64,000 nucleotides of DNA from a virus (taxonomy: Duplodnaviria > Caudoviricetes). The stretch is from the IMG/VR virus record IMGVR_UViG_3300033407_000006, positions 10,877 through 74,876 of that record. One strand, written 5' to 3'. A model generated the notes under the pieces. That model saw only the letters and a program-made list of their open reading frames with translations. It was not told where the DNA came from and did no database searches. The translations under genes were made by a program, and so were the position numbers. Below, piece by piece: positions 26,646-34,621 of this stretch (its first letter is position 1; each line of letters starts with the position of its first letter).

Positions 26646-26737
26646 TTCTAACTTATCGTTGCAGGCGACCGCCGAACAGCCGCCTATAGCTTCCTCTTGC
26701 GCTCCTGCGCGGCGTCGCCTGAACTCAGACGTTATCT
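26646..26737 (+). repeat. attC site B2 (92 bp)
   Basis: TTCTAAC-N5-GTTGCAGG...CCTGAAC-N6-GTTATCT. Confidence 0.85.
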
Positions 26738-26935
26738 GCTCAGTGCCTCACCGATAGCGGTTACCAAATTACTTTGATCTTGGCTTTTGCACTCAATGTG
26801 TGGCAGCGCATCGGTCAGCATTTTTCTAAGGGTTTCGTTTTCTTCCCTCAACTCATCCGAGCAGGCCCGCGACATCCGCAGGTGCATTTCAATGTCGGTG
26901 ATTTTGTCTACTAACTCTCTTTCTCGTTTGTCCAC
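26732..26935 (-). CDS. Cassette ORF, coiled-coil hypothetical
   Basis: GGAGG RBS with GTG start, stop in R' of B2. Confidence 0.6.
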   Translation of the reverse strand: MDKRERELVDKITDIEMHLRMSRACSDELREENETLRKMLTDALPHIECKSQDQSNLVTAIGEALSR

Positions 26936-26948
26936 TTTTGACCTCCGC

Positions 26949-27013
26949 AGATAACCAATCGTTGCAAGCGGACTCGGCAAACTGCGCCGAGCCCTTGACC
27001 TCAGTCGTTATGC
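26949..27013 (+). repeat. attC site B3 (65 bp)
   Basis: AGATAAC-N5-GTTGCAAG...CTTGACC-N6-GTTATGC. Confidence 0.85.
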
Positions 27014-27276
27014 AACTCGTCACCGCCCCACGGCGCTCCCGACTCCCGCAACGCCAACTTGAGCGGCAGAAGCGTGCATACATCACCGTCGGCCAGGTGG
27101 CCGTTTGCGTCGAGCGTCTGGCAAATTGCGGCGCGCAGCCTTTCAACTTCCGCCGAAAGAATCTCGGCAATATCCACACTGCCGTAACCGCTGCCGGTCA
27201 TGTCGTCATCTTCGTCGGTCGGCCCGGCTATCTCGTAGCAAAGGCGCCTCGCCAAATCTATGCTGCCTCGTTTCAT
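27001..27276 (-). CDS. Cassette ORF, hypothetical
   Basis: GGAGG RBS, ENGHLADGDVCTL-type motif (ANGHLADGDVCTL). Confidence 0.65.
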   Translation of the reverse strand: MKRGSIDLARRLCYEIAGPTDEDDDMTGSGYGSVDIAEILSAEVERLRAAICQTLDANGHLADGDVCTLLPLKLALRESGAPWGGDELHND

Positions 27277-27291
27277 TTCTCAACCTCCGTT

Positions 27292-27359
27292 GCATAACCC
27301 GGCAGTCCACCTGACCTGCCGCATAAAGCCGCGTCAGTCAGGTGACTTTTGCGTTAGGG
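27292..27359 (+). repeat. attC site B4 (68 bp)
   Basis: GCATAAC-N5-AGTCCACC...GGTGACT-N5-GTTAGGG, extra C in L''. Confidence 0.85.
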
Positions 27360-27548
27360 TGCTTCGGGGCGGCTCTGTTTTGCGTACAGCTCCAGCCACG
27401 CAAAAGCCAAACCCGGCGGGCGTCTCCCGCTCGGCCCGTCATCTTCCCAACTCTGCCAAGTGCGGTACGGTGTCCCCGTCAACCTGGCCGCTTCTGCCAT
27501 AGAGAGACCCGACTTCTGCCGGGTCTCTCTCAGTTCCTTGGCAGTCAC
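27354..27548 (-). CDS. Cassette ORF, XRE-family HTH protein
   Basis: ELRETRQKSGLSMAEAARLTGTPYRTWQSWE. Confidence 0.8.
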   Translation of the reverse strand: MTAKELRETRQKSGLSMAEAARLTGTPYRTWQSWEDDGPSGRRPPGLAFAWLELYAKQSRPEAP

Positions 27549-27781
27549 TGGTTGCCATCCGGACGGACGATTTCTGCCCCTTCCTCGACAAGACGGGAGC
27601 AAAGGTCAATACACTCCTGACTTCCTACTCCATAGCCAATTTTTCCGCGCAGTTCGTCGGGGACAGGACAGGCCGCGACCCCTTCGTCACTCATTGGATC
27701 GCCGTCGTAACTTTTGACCTGTTCCGCATTCGCCGGCCAGCAGAATTGTCCGTCATTCATTACTACGTATTTGCTTTTCAT
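27545..27781 (-). CDS. Cassette ORF, hypothetical, coupled to the HTH gene
   Basis: AAGGAG RBS downstream of a promoter. Confidence 0.65.
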   Translation of the reverse strand: MKSKYVVMNDGQFCWPANAEQVKSYDGDPMSDEGVAACPVPDELRGKIGYGVGSQECIDLCSRLVEEGAEIVRPDGNQ

Positions 27782-27830
27782 GGCTGTACTCCTTCTGGTT
27801 TGGGTTATTTGTTCCGCTTTCTTGATTCTA

Positions 27831-27880
27831 ATTATATGCACATTGTGACTGATTGCAAGTAAAATAATTCACTTTGTGCA
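27831..27880 (-). promoter_or_regulatory. Cassette-internal promoter TTGCAA-N16-TATAAT with operator-like inverted repeat
   Basis: TGCACATTGTGA (27837) / TCACTTTGTGCA (ending 27880). Confidence 0.7.
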
Positions 27881-27905
27881 TTTTTATTTGAGCGGCGCAA
27901 AATCA

Positions 27906-27974
27906 CCCTAACCAGTCGGTCAATCGGACCGTCGCGAAAGTGCCGCGCCGATCCGCTTACCTTTATCGTTAGTT
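27906..27974 (+). repeat. attC site B5 (69 bp)
   Basis: CCCTAAC-N5-GGTCAATC...GCTTACC-N6-GTTAGTT. Confidence 0.85.
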
Positions 27975-28220
27975 TGCTTGTGGCACTTCCAGCGGCCCGT
28001 ACCACTTCCCACCGATCTTATTGACACGCTCGCGGTAGCCGGTAAGCGGGCGGCACCCAACAAAACCACACGCGGCTTTAATGACTTGGTAAATTTCTAC
28101 GCTGTTCGCCCTTCCTCCGCCGTCATCGTTCCAATAAAAACCTTCGGCGGTCGGTTCCTCTTTCGACCAGCGCAAACTAACACCAGTTTCGAGCGGACGG
28201 TTTTCACTTTCCGTTTCCAT
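27969..28220 (-). CDS. Cassette ORF, hypothetical (WSKEEPTAEGFYW...WYGPLE.P)
   Basis: Starts inside the B6 stem, stops in R' of B5. Confidence 0.65.
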   Translation of the reverse strand: METESENRPLETGVSLRWSKEEPTAEGFYWNDDGGGRANSVEIYQVIKAACGFVGCRPLTGYRERVNKIGGKWYGPLEVPQAN

Positions 28221-28260
28221 GGGTTGCGGCCTCCTCCGCCGCTCAAACTAAACGTTAGGC
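28175..28260 (+). repeat. attC site B6 (86 bp)
   Basis: AACTAAC-N5-TTTCGAGC...GCTCAAA-N6-GTTAGGC, extra C in L''. Confidence 0.9.
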
Positions 28261-28325
28261 CAGATATTCAGCTTCTCAAGGGTTTCACGATCTTTGAGCC
28301 TCTCGTAAATCACTCCCACCTCCTC

Positions 28326-28577
28326 CTACCAAGCCAACCCCTTGACGCTGAAAAACTCGCCGCACCCAGAACACCGAACGCTTTTCACTTCAAACTTTTC
28401 ATGCGCTTCGAGCCAATGCCCCTGATAAGGGCAGGCCTGCTTGATAATAGCGCCATCTTCGTTCAAATCCTGGTGCGCGGTATCGTCCGTATCCAGCAGG
28501 TTCAAATACTTGTCGCAATGAGGGCAGTCAACGACTACTTCGATAATGAGGTTTGCTTCAACTGTTTTGCCTGCCAT
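28326..28577 (-). CDS. Zn-ribbon protein
   Basis: CPHC...CSGC. Confidence 0.65.
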   Translation of the reverse strand: MAGKTVEANLIIEVVVDCPHCDKYLNLLDTDDTAHQDLNEDGAIIKQACPYQGHWLEAHEKFEVKSVRCSGCGEFFSVKGLAW

Positions 28578-28580
28578 ATA

Positions 28581-28826
28581 TCAATCTCCATTGCTTTTTG
28601 CTGATTTAAGTTCTGATTCGGCTTTCTTTAGCGCCTTGAGCAGATCTCTGCAAAGAGAATCAAGACCAACAAGGCTGGTCTTTGCCTCCATAAGGTTGTA
28701 TTGGTCTCCAAGGCTAATGTTATAATCTTCTTCTTTTGCGATGCCACTCAATGCACTTGCAAGCATTTTTGTGTCATCAAAGTTTTTATACACGTTCAAG
28801 AGTTGGTCGTAGTTGGGCTTGCTCAT
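28581..28826 (-). CDS. Hypothetical protein
   Basis: 81 aa, low GC. Confidence 0.55.
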   Translation of the reverse strand: MSKPNYDQLLNVYKNFDDTKMLASALSGIAKEEDYNISLGDQYNLMEAKTSLVGLDSLCRDLLKALKKAESELKSAKSNGD

Positions 28827-28845
28827 ATCAGACTCTCGCTTTCTC

Positions 28846-28883
28846 GCCGTATGTTCCCGAAATCTGTTTCGGGAACATACGGC
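28846..28883. repeat. Perfect 17-bp inverted repeat with 4-nt loop
   Basis: GCCGTATGTTCCCGAAA-TCTG-TTTCGGGAACATACGGC. Confidence 0.9.
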
Positions 28884-28895
28884 AAATAGTTGTTT

Positions 28896-31331
28896 TTATT
28901 GGATAGTCACGCCACCTCGATCGAGGCGGATGCAGGCGTCGGCAGCTTCGATCAGCTCCGGGGTCTGCGTGATGAAAAACTCCCGGCTGTGCGTCCCGAT
29001 TTCCTGCGCCCGGCGCTTGATGGCGATGAATTCGACCTTGCGATCCGCGTCAAGAGCGCCGTCTTTTTCGTCGGTGAACAGCGTCTCGAATGGGCGGCTT
29101 GTGCGGCTCAGGGAAACCAGAGCAAAGGCCCTGGTGATAGCGTCTTCAATAATGGTCACTTCCCCGCCGGACATATCCCGGATGCTCTTCTCTTCGTTGC
29201 GCTCCCCATCGTAAACGGTGATGTCGAAAGTCTCCTTCAGGCCACCGTCAACTTTCTCCTTCTGGGTCTCCAGCCGCACCGAGAACCGGGGGCCGTAGCA
29301 GGACCGAAGCAGGTCGTTTGTGAGGCTGGAGATCATCGGCCCGGAATCGTCGATTTCGAGCTGGATGATTCCGTCGTTGCTGCATGCCTTCGCCAGCACT
29401 TTCCAGCCGGTCATTTCGTCGTTCAGTCGCTCAATTTCTTCCGCGATGATCTGGGCCTTCTCCCGCTTCTCCTTCAGCGCTTCAATGCGGCCACGAATGG
29501 AGCCGAGGCGTTCCGAAGCCGCTTTCAGCTCGGCCTCTTTCCCGTCGAGGGCGATGGTGCGGAAGCGGCGCTTTTCCTTGAGTTCGGCCAGGGTCTTTTC
29601 CATGTCGCCGCTCAGGGTCGCTTCGAGCTGGGAGATCTCCACCTTCAGTTCAGCGATGACCGCTTCCGCCGCAGCCAGGAGCTTGACGGCCTCGCGTTCC
29701 ACGATCTCCTTTTCATTTTCGGATTGTCTCGACTCGGCCAAGAACTCGGTTTCCGCTTTGGAGTAGCGATCCTTTGCCCCGTCAAGATCCGCCTGAATCT
29801 CAGCGATGCGCATTGAGGCGCTTTCCAACTCGGGCAGCTTCGCCGCCAGGGCTTTGAGCCGGTTCGCCCTGCTGGTTGTCTCTTCGAGAGTTTGCCGCAG
29901 CTTTGCCCCGTGGGCTTCCAGCCGCCGCAGCTCTTCGGTGAGCGAGGGCAGCTCTTCGAGCTTCAGGGCATGGCCGCTGATTCGCTCCTGAATGACGGGA
30001 ATCAGCCCCTTGGCCTCCACGGCGTCCTTGAGCAGGGGGCATGCCTCGTTGACCCATGAACTGCCGTCAGCGCGGCAATCCAGCGCACCCAGCGCGGACA
30101 CGCGACGTTGCAGCGAGGCGAGTTCGACCTGCGCCGTCTCCATGGCAGCCTTGATGCCGCTCAGGGCCGTCACCTTCTCCCGTGCCTCCGAATAGGCGCT
30201 ACGGGTCGCCTCAAGCTCGGCCTGCGTCGTCTGGATATCGGACTCGCACTTTGCGAGGGCCTGCGCCGCGCTGCGGATGTCCTCGCACATGGCAACGATG
30301 GCGTCCAGTGTCTTGGCGCGAGCCTCCAAGGTAGTGACCGTGTTTTCGAGTTCGGCCTTGGCCGACGTGTACTTCCGACTCAGCGCTTCCGCTTTGGCCG
30401 CATACTCCCGCCGCTTCTTTTCGAGCTGACCGTTCAGGGCGGCGGCGTTGTCCTTTGCCTTGTCCAGCGCCCGGCGCTTATCGTCAAGGCGATTCCTGGA
30501 GACGGCTTCGGCGGCGTTGGTAAGCTCCACGTCGCGGATCTGGCTGTCCATTGCCGCAACCGCGTCGCGCAGGGCCGCGATGTCGGATGCTCCGACTTCC
30601 AAGGCCGCAACAGCTTCGGCTTCCTGCTGGGTGAGTCTGTCGAAAATGGACGTCTCGGCTTCGATGGCGTTCAAGTCCCGTGTCCGGCTGACTACCTGAT
30701 CGGCGAGGTGGTTCACGACGCCCTGGGCCTTTTCGCCCTGCTGCCGGATGTGATCCAGATCGAGCAGCTCGGTGACGATGCCGAGGATTTCAGAGCGGGG
30801 GTAGCTGGAGAGCTTGCGGGCCTCCTGGGCCCTGAAAACGCTGGTGAAGAACAGCGACGGAGAGCCCACCAGCTCTTCGATGGCGGCGTCATAATCGCGG
30901 GTCTTGCCGTCCTTGACCGATTCGTTGTAGGGAACCCAAGCGGACTGGTTGGGGTTGTTCCACTGAAGGCCGGATTCGTCCCGGAACAGGTAGCACTCCT
31001 GCTTGCGCTTCTCTGCGTCGATCAGCAGCAGGGAACGATAGACGCAGCCGCCCACCTCGAAAATCAGTTCCTTCATGGCGTCGCGGCCATAGCACTGATC
31101 GTAGTAGCTGAAGGCGTTCGGGCTCCAGTCTTTGCTTTCCCGCAACTTGTAGGGCATCAGACGGTAAGGGTGCAGGTTGTCGGTGATGGTCGTCTTGCCG
31201 CTGCCGTTGCTCCCGCAGATGGCAATCAGCCCTTTGGCCGGAAGCGTTGTCAGGTCCAGGACGAGTTCTTCCAGCCCCATCCCTGCGCGGATACCCTTGA
31301 ATCCTCGAAGCGTCAATTTAATCGGTTTCAT
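28896..31331 (-). CDS. sbcC: SbcC/Rad50-like SMC ATPase
   Basis: GSNGSGKTT Walker A, long coiled coil, MSGGE signature, FTDEKDGALD Walker B/D-loop. Confidence 0.93.
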   Translation of the reverse strand: MKPIKLTLRGFKGIRAGMGLEELVLDLTTLPAKGLIAICGSNGSGKTTITDNLHPYRLMPYKLRESKDWSPNAFSYYDQCYGRDAMKELIFEVGGCVYRSLLLIDAEKRKQECYLFRDESGLQWNNPNQSAWVPYNESVKDGKTRDYDAAIEELVGSPSLFFTSVFRAQEARKLSSYPRSEILGIVTELLDLDHIRQQGEKAQGVVNHLADQVVSRTRDLNAIEAETSIFDRLTQQEAEAVAALEVGASDIAALRDAVAAMDSQIRDVELTNAAEAVSRNRLDDKRRALDKAKDNAAALNGQLEKKRREYAAKAEALSRKYTSAKAELENTVTTLEARAKTLDAIVAMCEDIRSAAQALAKCESDIQTTQAELEATRSAYSEAREKVTALSGIKAAMETAQVELASLQRRVSALGALDCRADGSSWVNEACPLLKDAVEAKGLIPVIQERISGHALKLEELPSLTEELRRLEAHGAKLRQTLEETTSRANRLKALAAKLPELESASMRIAEIQADLDGAKDRYSKAETEFLAESRQSENEKEIVEREAVKLLAAAEAVIAELKVEISQLEATLSGDMEKTLAELKEKRRFRTIALDGKEAELKAASERLGSIRGRIEALKEKREKAQIIAEEIERLNDEMTGWKVLAKACSNDGIIQLEIDDSGPMISSLTNDLLRSCYGPRFSVRLETQKEKVDGGLKETFDITVYDGERNEEKSIRDMSGGEVTIIEDAITRAFALVSLSRTSRPFETLFTDEKDGALDADRKVEFIAIKRRAQEIGTHSREFFITQTPELIEAADACIRLDRGGVTIQ

Positions 31332-32539
31332 ACCTTCCCTCCCCTGGTCATCTCAATCAGCTCTGCGTGTTCGCGGCCCTCAATCACTTCGGCGATCTCC
31401 AGCGTTGCCGCCGGGATCTCAATCGCGTTTGCCTCGCCCCATCGCCGGACCTTCTCGGGCAAAGAAGACATCTGCGATATCCCCGCCGCCCGTTGCCGGG
31501 TCACGGGAATGATGGTCATTTCGATTTTCACACTGCGGGCTCCGGCCTGAAGCAATTTCGCCTCGAAAGCCTCGCGGTCAACCTTATGGCGCTCTTCGTC
31601 GGGGATGCTGTACCGCACCCGAACCGTTGCGTTGTCCACGCCGTCCATGATGGCCTCAGCGACGGCTATTTCGATACGCTCCCAGGCGTCTTCAATGGTC
31701 AGCAGGCGGCGGGCCGGGGTTTTGTGGAAAGTGGAAGCCTTTACTTCGCCGATCTCATGCAGGAAAAAGCCTTTCTCTTCCGCCTCGCCGAAATTCAACC
31801 GCCCAGGGCTGCCGCTGTAATGGATGTTGCCGGGGAAGGATTGCATCTTGTGAACGTGGCCGAAGCAGGAAACGTCACAATGCGCGGCCTGAATATCGGA
31901 CACCGAAAACTCGAAATCCTCCCCGGTCGCGGTCACGCCGCCGTAGGCCGCGCCCGTGATCATTCCGTGGGCAACAAGAACCGTCGGGCGGTTGGTGACG
32001 GCATTGGCCGCTCCGAACGCCGCCAGCACGTCGCCGATAGCTTCCCGCGCCAGCATGGATGTCACCTTGCGGGACTCGCCGCCGAACTGTGCGATCAGAT
32101 TCGCTTTGTCGGGGCTGGGGATGCAGGTGAAGACCGCAGCGGGGGCGATAGAGATGGTTCCGGGCTCCACGAACTCCGCGCCGCCGACGTGCTGATGCAG
32201 TTCGACCTGCTCGATCTCTGTTGCGACGTGGATGGGAAACTTCGAGCGCAGCGCCCGGAAGATGTACGGAGCTTCCCGGTCGTGGCTGCGGGTGCCGCGC
32301 ACGATGAGGACCGGGCAGATATCGGCCAGCGCGGACACGAACCGGATCGCGGCCCTGGCGGCGTCCGAATCCAGCCGGATCGGGCCGTCGTGTTCGTCTA
32401 CGGTATCCCCGGCCAGAACGGAGACATCCGGTTCCAGATTCGCGGCCTGCTTCAGAATGTAATTTGTGACGGTGATGGTCTCTGCCAGTTTCTCGGGCTT
32501 ATTCGAGAAGTGCAGATCGGCGGTGTGCAGGATTTTCAT
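31328..32539 (-). CDS. sbcD: SbcD/Mre11-like metallophosphoesterase nuclease
   Basis: HTADLH, AGD, GTRSHD, AHG, FGHVH, YSGS motifs. Confidence 0.93.
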   Translation of the reverse strand: MKILHTADLHFSNKPEKLAETITVTNYILKQAANLEPDVSVLAGDTVDEHDGPIRLDSDAARAAIRFVSALADICPVLIVRGTRSHDREAPYIFRALRSKFPIHVATEIEQVELHQHVGGAEFVEPGTISIAPAAVFTCIPSPDKANLIAQFGGESRKVTSMLAREAIGDVLAAFGAANAVTNRPTVLVAHGMITGAAYGGVTATGEDFEFSVSDIQAAHCDVSCFGHVHKMQSFPGNIHYSGSPGRLNFGEAEEKGFFLHEIGEVKASTFHKTPARRLLTIEDAWERIEIAVAEAIMDGVDNATVRVRYSIPDEERHKVDREAFEAKLLQAGARSVKIEMTIIPVTRQRAAGISQMSSLPEKVRRWGEANAIEIPAATLEIAEVIEGREHAELIEMTRGGKV

Positions 32540-32724
32540 TTTCCCTCCAAAATATCGGTTACAGGAACCAGATCAAGGGCCGGGGGCAACTCGACAAGTT
32601 TAATTCCCCCGCCGCAAGCGGCGGCGATCATAGCTACCAGCGCGTTTATACTGACAGTGCCAGTATCGACAAGGTAATTCTTGCCTTCGCTTGTCATGTA
32701 GATGGTGACATTCTCGACGTTCAT
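32536..32724 (-). CDS. Hypothetical protein
   Basis: 62 aa, GGGAGGG RBS. Confidence 0.55.
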   Translation of the reverse strand: MNVENVTIYMTSEGKNYLVDTGTVSINALVAMIAAACGGGIKLVELPPALDLVPVTDILEGK

Positions 32725-32733
32725 TCCCTCCCC

Positions 32734-33963
32734 CTATTCCGTCACGCCGAACTCTTCGGCTCTCGCTTTGACTGCTGCCCCGAAACCCTCGGGGTTTGTG
32801 CGCACTTCCTCGCGGATCTTGTTCGCCAGCGCCCTGAGTTGGTCCAGGGGAAGATCCGAGACGGAAACGCCGTCGGTTTCGTCCAGCGCCGCCCATGCGA
32901 CGAGCTGCTGATAGCTGACACCGATATGCTTTGCAGCTCCGGTCATGTAGCTGTGAATTCTGGCCCTTGCCTCTTCTTCCGTGGGCCCTGTGTCAGAAAG
33001 GCGTTCCTTTGGTGCAGGCTCGGCTTCCTTGACGGCGGGCTTCGCGTTGAAGACCTTGGCGGCTTTCTGCCCTCGCTCGGCGCGGCCTTCGGCGTACCGG
33101 GCCAGCTCCATGGCATCGATGGACAGCTCCAACAGCGGAATCCACTGAGTCTGTTTTTTCCCCTCGGGCGTCGTGACCTCTTCGGGGCTCTTGACGATCT
33201 CCAGGTATGATTCGCCGCCAAGCAGCCCGTCGAACCGCCCGAGAATGGACCGGATGCGGCGCAGCAACGCCACGCTGTAGCTGAAGCCGTACCAGCTCTT
33301 CGAGGGGATCATGATTTCGTCCAGGCCTCGCAGCCCGGCGACGTGGAAACGGTAGATGCCGCCGAACTGCATGACGCGGCCCGTGGGGTCCACCGGCTTT
33401 TCAGGGTTGAGCGGCGCAACCTTCCAATCGTCCTTGGTCGCACGTCCCTTGTGGCCCTTGGGCAGGTAGCGCACCATGAGCTTCGATCCCTCGTAGAAAC
33501 TCGCGGCTTGAACGCTGCCGCTGCCGTCGAAGGCCTTGAATCCGTGATGCAGGGCCTTTTCCAGCTCCCCGACGGACAACCAGACGGGAATGCGCCGAAC
33601 ATGCCCGTCCGGGTCGGCATAGTTTCCCCGAATGAACTGAGCATCGGCGGGCCGCGTGAAATCGCAATCCCGAATCACGAAATGATCCGCGTTCTTCGGG
33701 TAAAGCTTCGATGTCCGCGTCTTGGGCGCTCCCCCCAGGGCCCGGTCGATCTCGTCGTAGGGCATGCCCTGGGCTTCCAGTTCCTTGAACTTGGCGAGTT
33801 CCTGGGTACTGAGGCCCTGCTTCGGCACCTTGACGCCCGTGCGGATGATCCCCCCGCAACGAACGCGGTCCTTGTGGCCCAGGAGAAGCGCGACTTCCTC
33901 TTCATCGCCTCCTTCGATGGCGTATGCCATGGCCGTGTTGTGGTCCAAATTTTCTTCCATCAT
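32734..33963 (-). CDS. Putative recombination protein (Gp3-like/RDF-like family)
   Basis: YPKNADHF, G...F...L.G, SKSWY pattern, directly upstream of sbcDC. Confidence 0.5.
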   Translation of the reverse strand: MMEENLDHNTAMAYAIEGGDEEEVALLLGHKDRVRCGGIIRTGVKVPKQGLSTQELAKFKELEAQGMPYDEIDRALGGAPKTRTSKLYPKNADHFVIRDCDFTRPADAQFIRGNYADPDGHVRRIPVWLSVGELEKALHHGFKAFDGSGSVQAASFYEGSKLMVRYLPKGHKGRATKDDWKVAPLNPEKPVDPTGRVMQFGGIYRFHVAGLRGLDEIMIPSKSWYGFSYSVALLRRIRSILGRFDGLLGGESYLEIVKSPEEVTTPEGKKQTQWIPLLELSIDAMELARYAEGRAERGQKAAKVFNAKPAVKEAEPAPKERLSDTGPTEEEARARIHSYMTGAAKHIGVSYQQLVAWAALDETDGVSVSDLPLDQLRALANKIREEVRTNPEGFGAAVKARAEEFGVTE

Positions 33964-33983
33964 TCCCTCCCGTTTCTGCCCCT

Positions 33984-34184
33984 TCAGGGCTTCTTTGCCC
34001 GGCGGCGCTCCGCCGTTCTTTTTTTGATTCGCTCCGCATTCGCGGCCACCGGGTCCGCTGAACCCAAGATGCTTACCATGGCTATTCCGCCCGCCGGTTC
34101 CGGCTGGGCCTTCTCTGCGCGTAAGAGACCCACCTCACGACGTAAGGCCCTCAGCTCCGACAAAATGACATCAGCTTTTTCCAT
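33984..34184 (-). CDS. Hypothetical protein
   Basis: 66 aa in the early operon. Confidence 0.5.
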   Translation of the reverse strand: MEKADVILSELRALRREVGLLRAEKAQPEPAGGIAMVSILGSADPVAANAERIKKRTAERRRAKKP

Positions 34185-34322
34185 GCACCGGCCCCATGGA
34201 GATTTCGCCGCGCTTTTCCGCCTCGGATACCGGCAAACCGTCCGCCCAGCGGCCCACGCAAAAGCTGAAACTCAGGATGAACACCAAGATAGAAACCCCG
34301 TAACAAAATACGGCAACGATTT

Positions 34323-34514
34323 TCATAGCAATCCATCCTCCCTGAGCTTTGCGAGCACCTGCTCGGTTGTTGTTCCCTTGCGGACTCCGCTGATCGCAGC
34401 GTAAACCGAGGACCGTTTGAACCCGTTCTTCTCGGCCCAGACAGGGACCGTGAGCCCCTTGGCCGTCATTTTTGCGCGGACCCTTTGAGAGACATTTCTT
34501 TTTTGCGTTGACAT
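34323..34514 (-). CDS. Cro/Ner-like HTH repressor
   Basis: GLTVPVWAEKNGFKRSSVYAAISG, divergent from the CI-like gene. Confidence 0.75.
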   Translation of the reverse strand: MSTQKRNVSQRVRAKMTAKGLTVPVWAEKNGFKRSSVYAAISGVRKGTTTEQVLAKLREDGLL

Positions 34515-34621
34515 GCTATTTCCTTTCTGTAGTGTGGACGAAGTTCACGCTGTTCCGTGTATTTCGTCCACGGGTAAGGAATATTCCACAGCGTAAAAAC
34601 ATTGTCAACGGAGATTTTACG
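34515..34621. promoter_or_regulatory. Divergent cro/cI control region
   Basis: Minus-strand TTGACA at 34603-34608, inverted repeat GTGGACGAA (34534) / TTCGTCCAC (34563). Confidence 0.55.

Larger units (their letters stand above)
26005..28260 (+). mobile_element. Integron-like cassette array B (6 attC plus head site, no intI)
   Basis: attC at 26254, 26646, 26949, 27292, 27906 and 28175, one or two ORFs between each. Confidence 0.9.

Noticed and set aside
26254-28260. CRISPR array interpretation of the repeated elements
   Set aside because: Repeats vary in length and sequence, spacers are ORF-sized and no cas genes are present. The architecture fits attC.
30108-32677. Long plus-strand ORFs of 480 and 436 aa
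   Set aside because: Mirror frames of high-GC sbcC and sbcD with no recognisable motifs.
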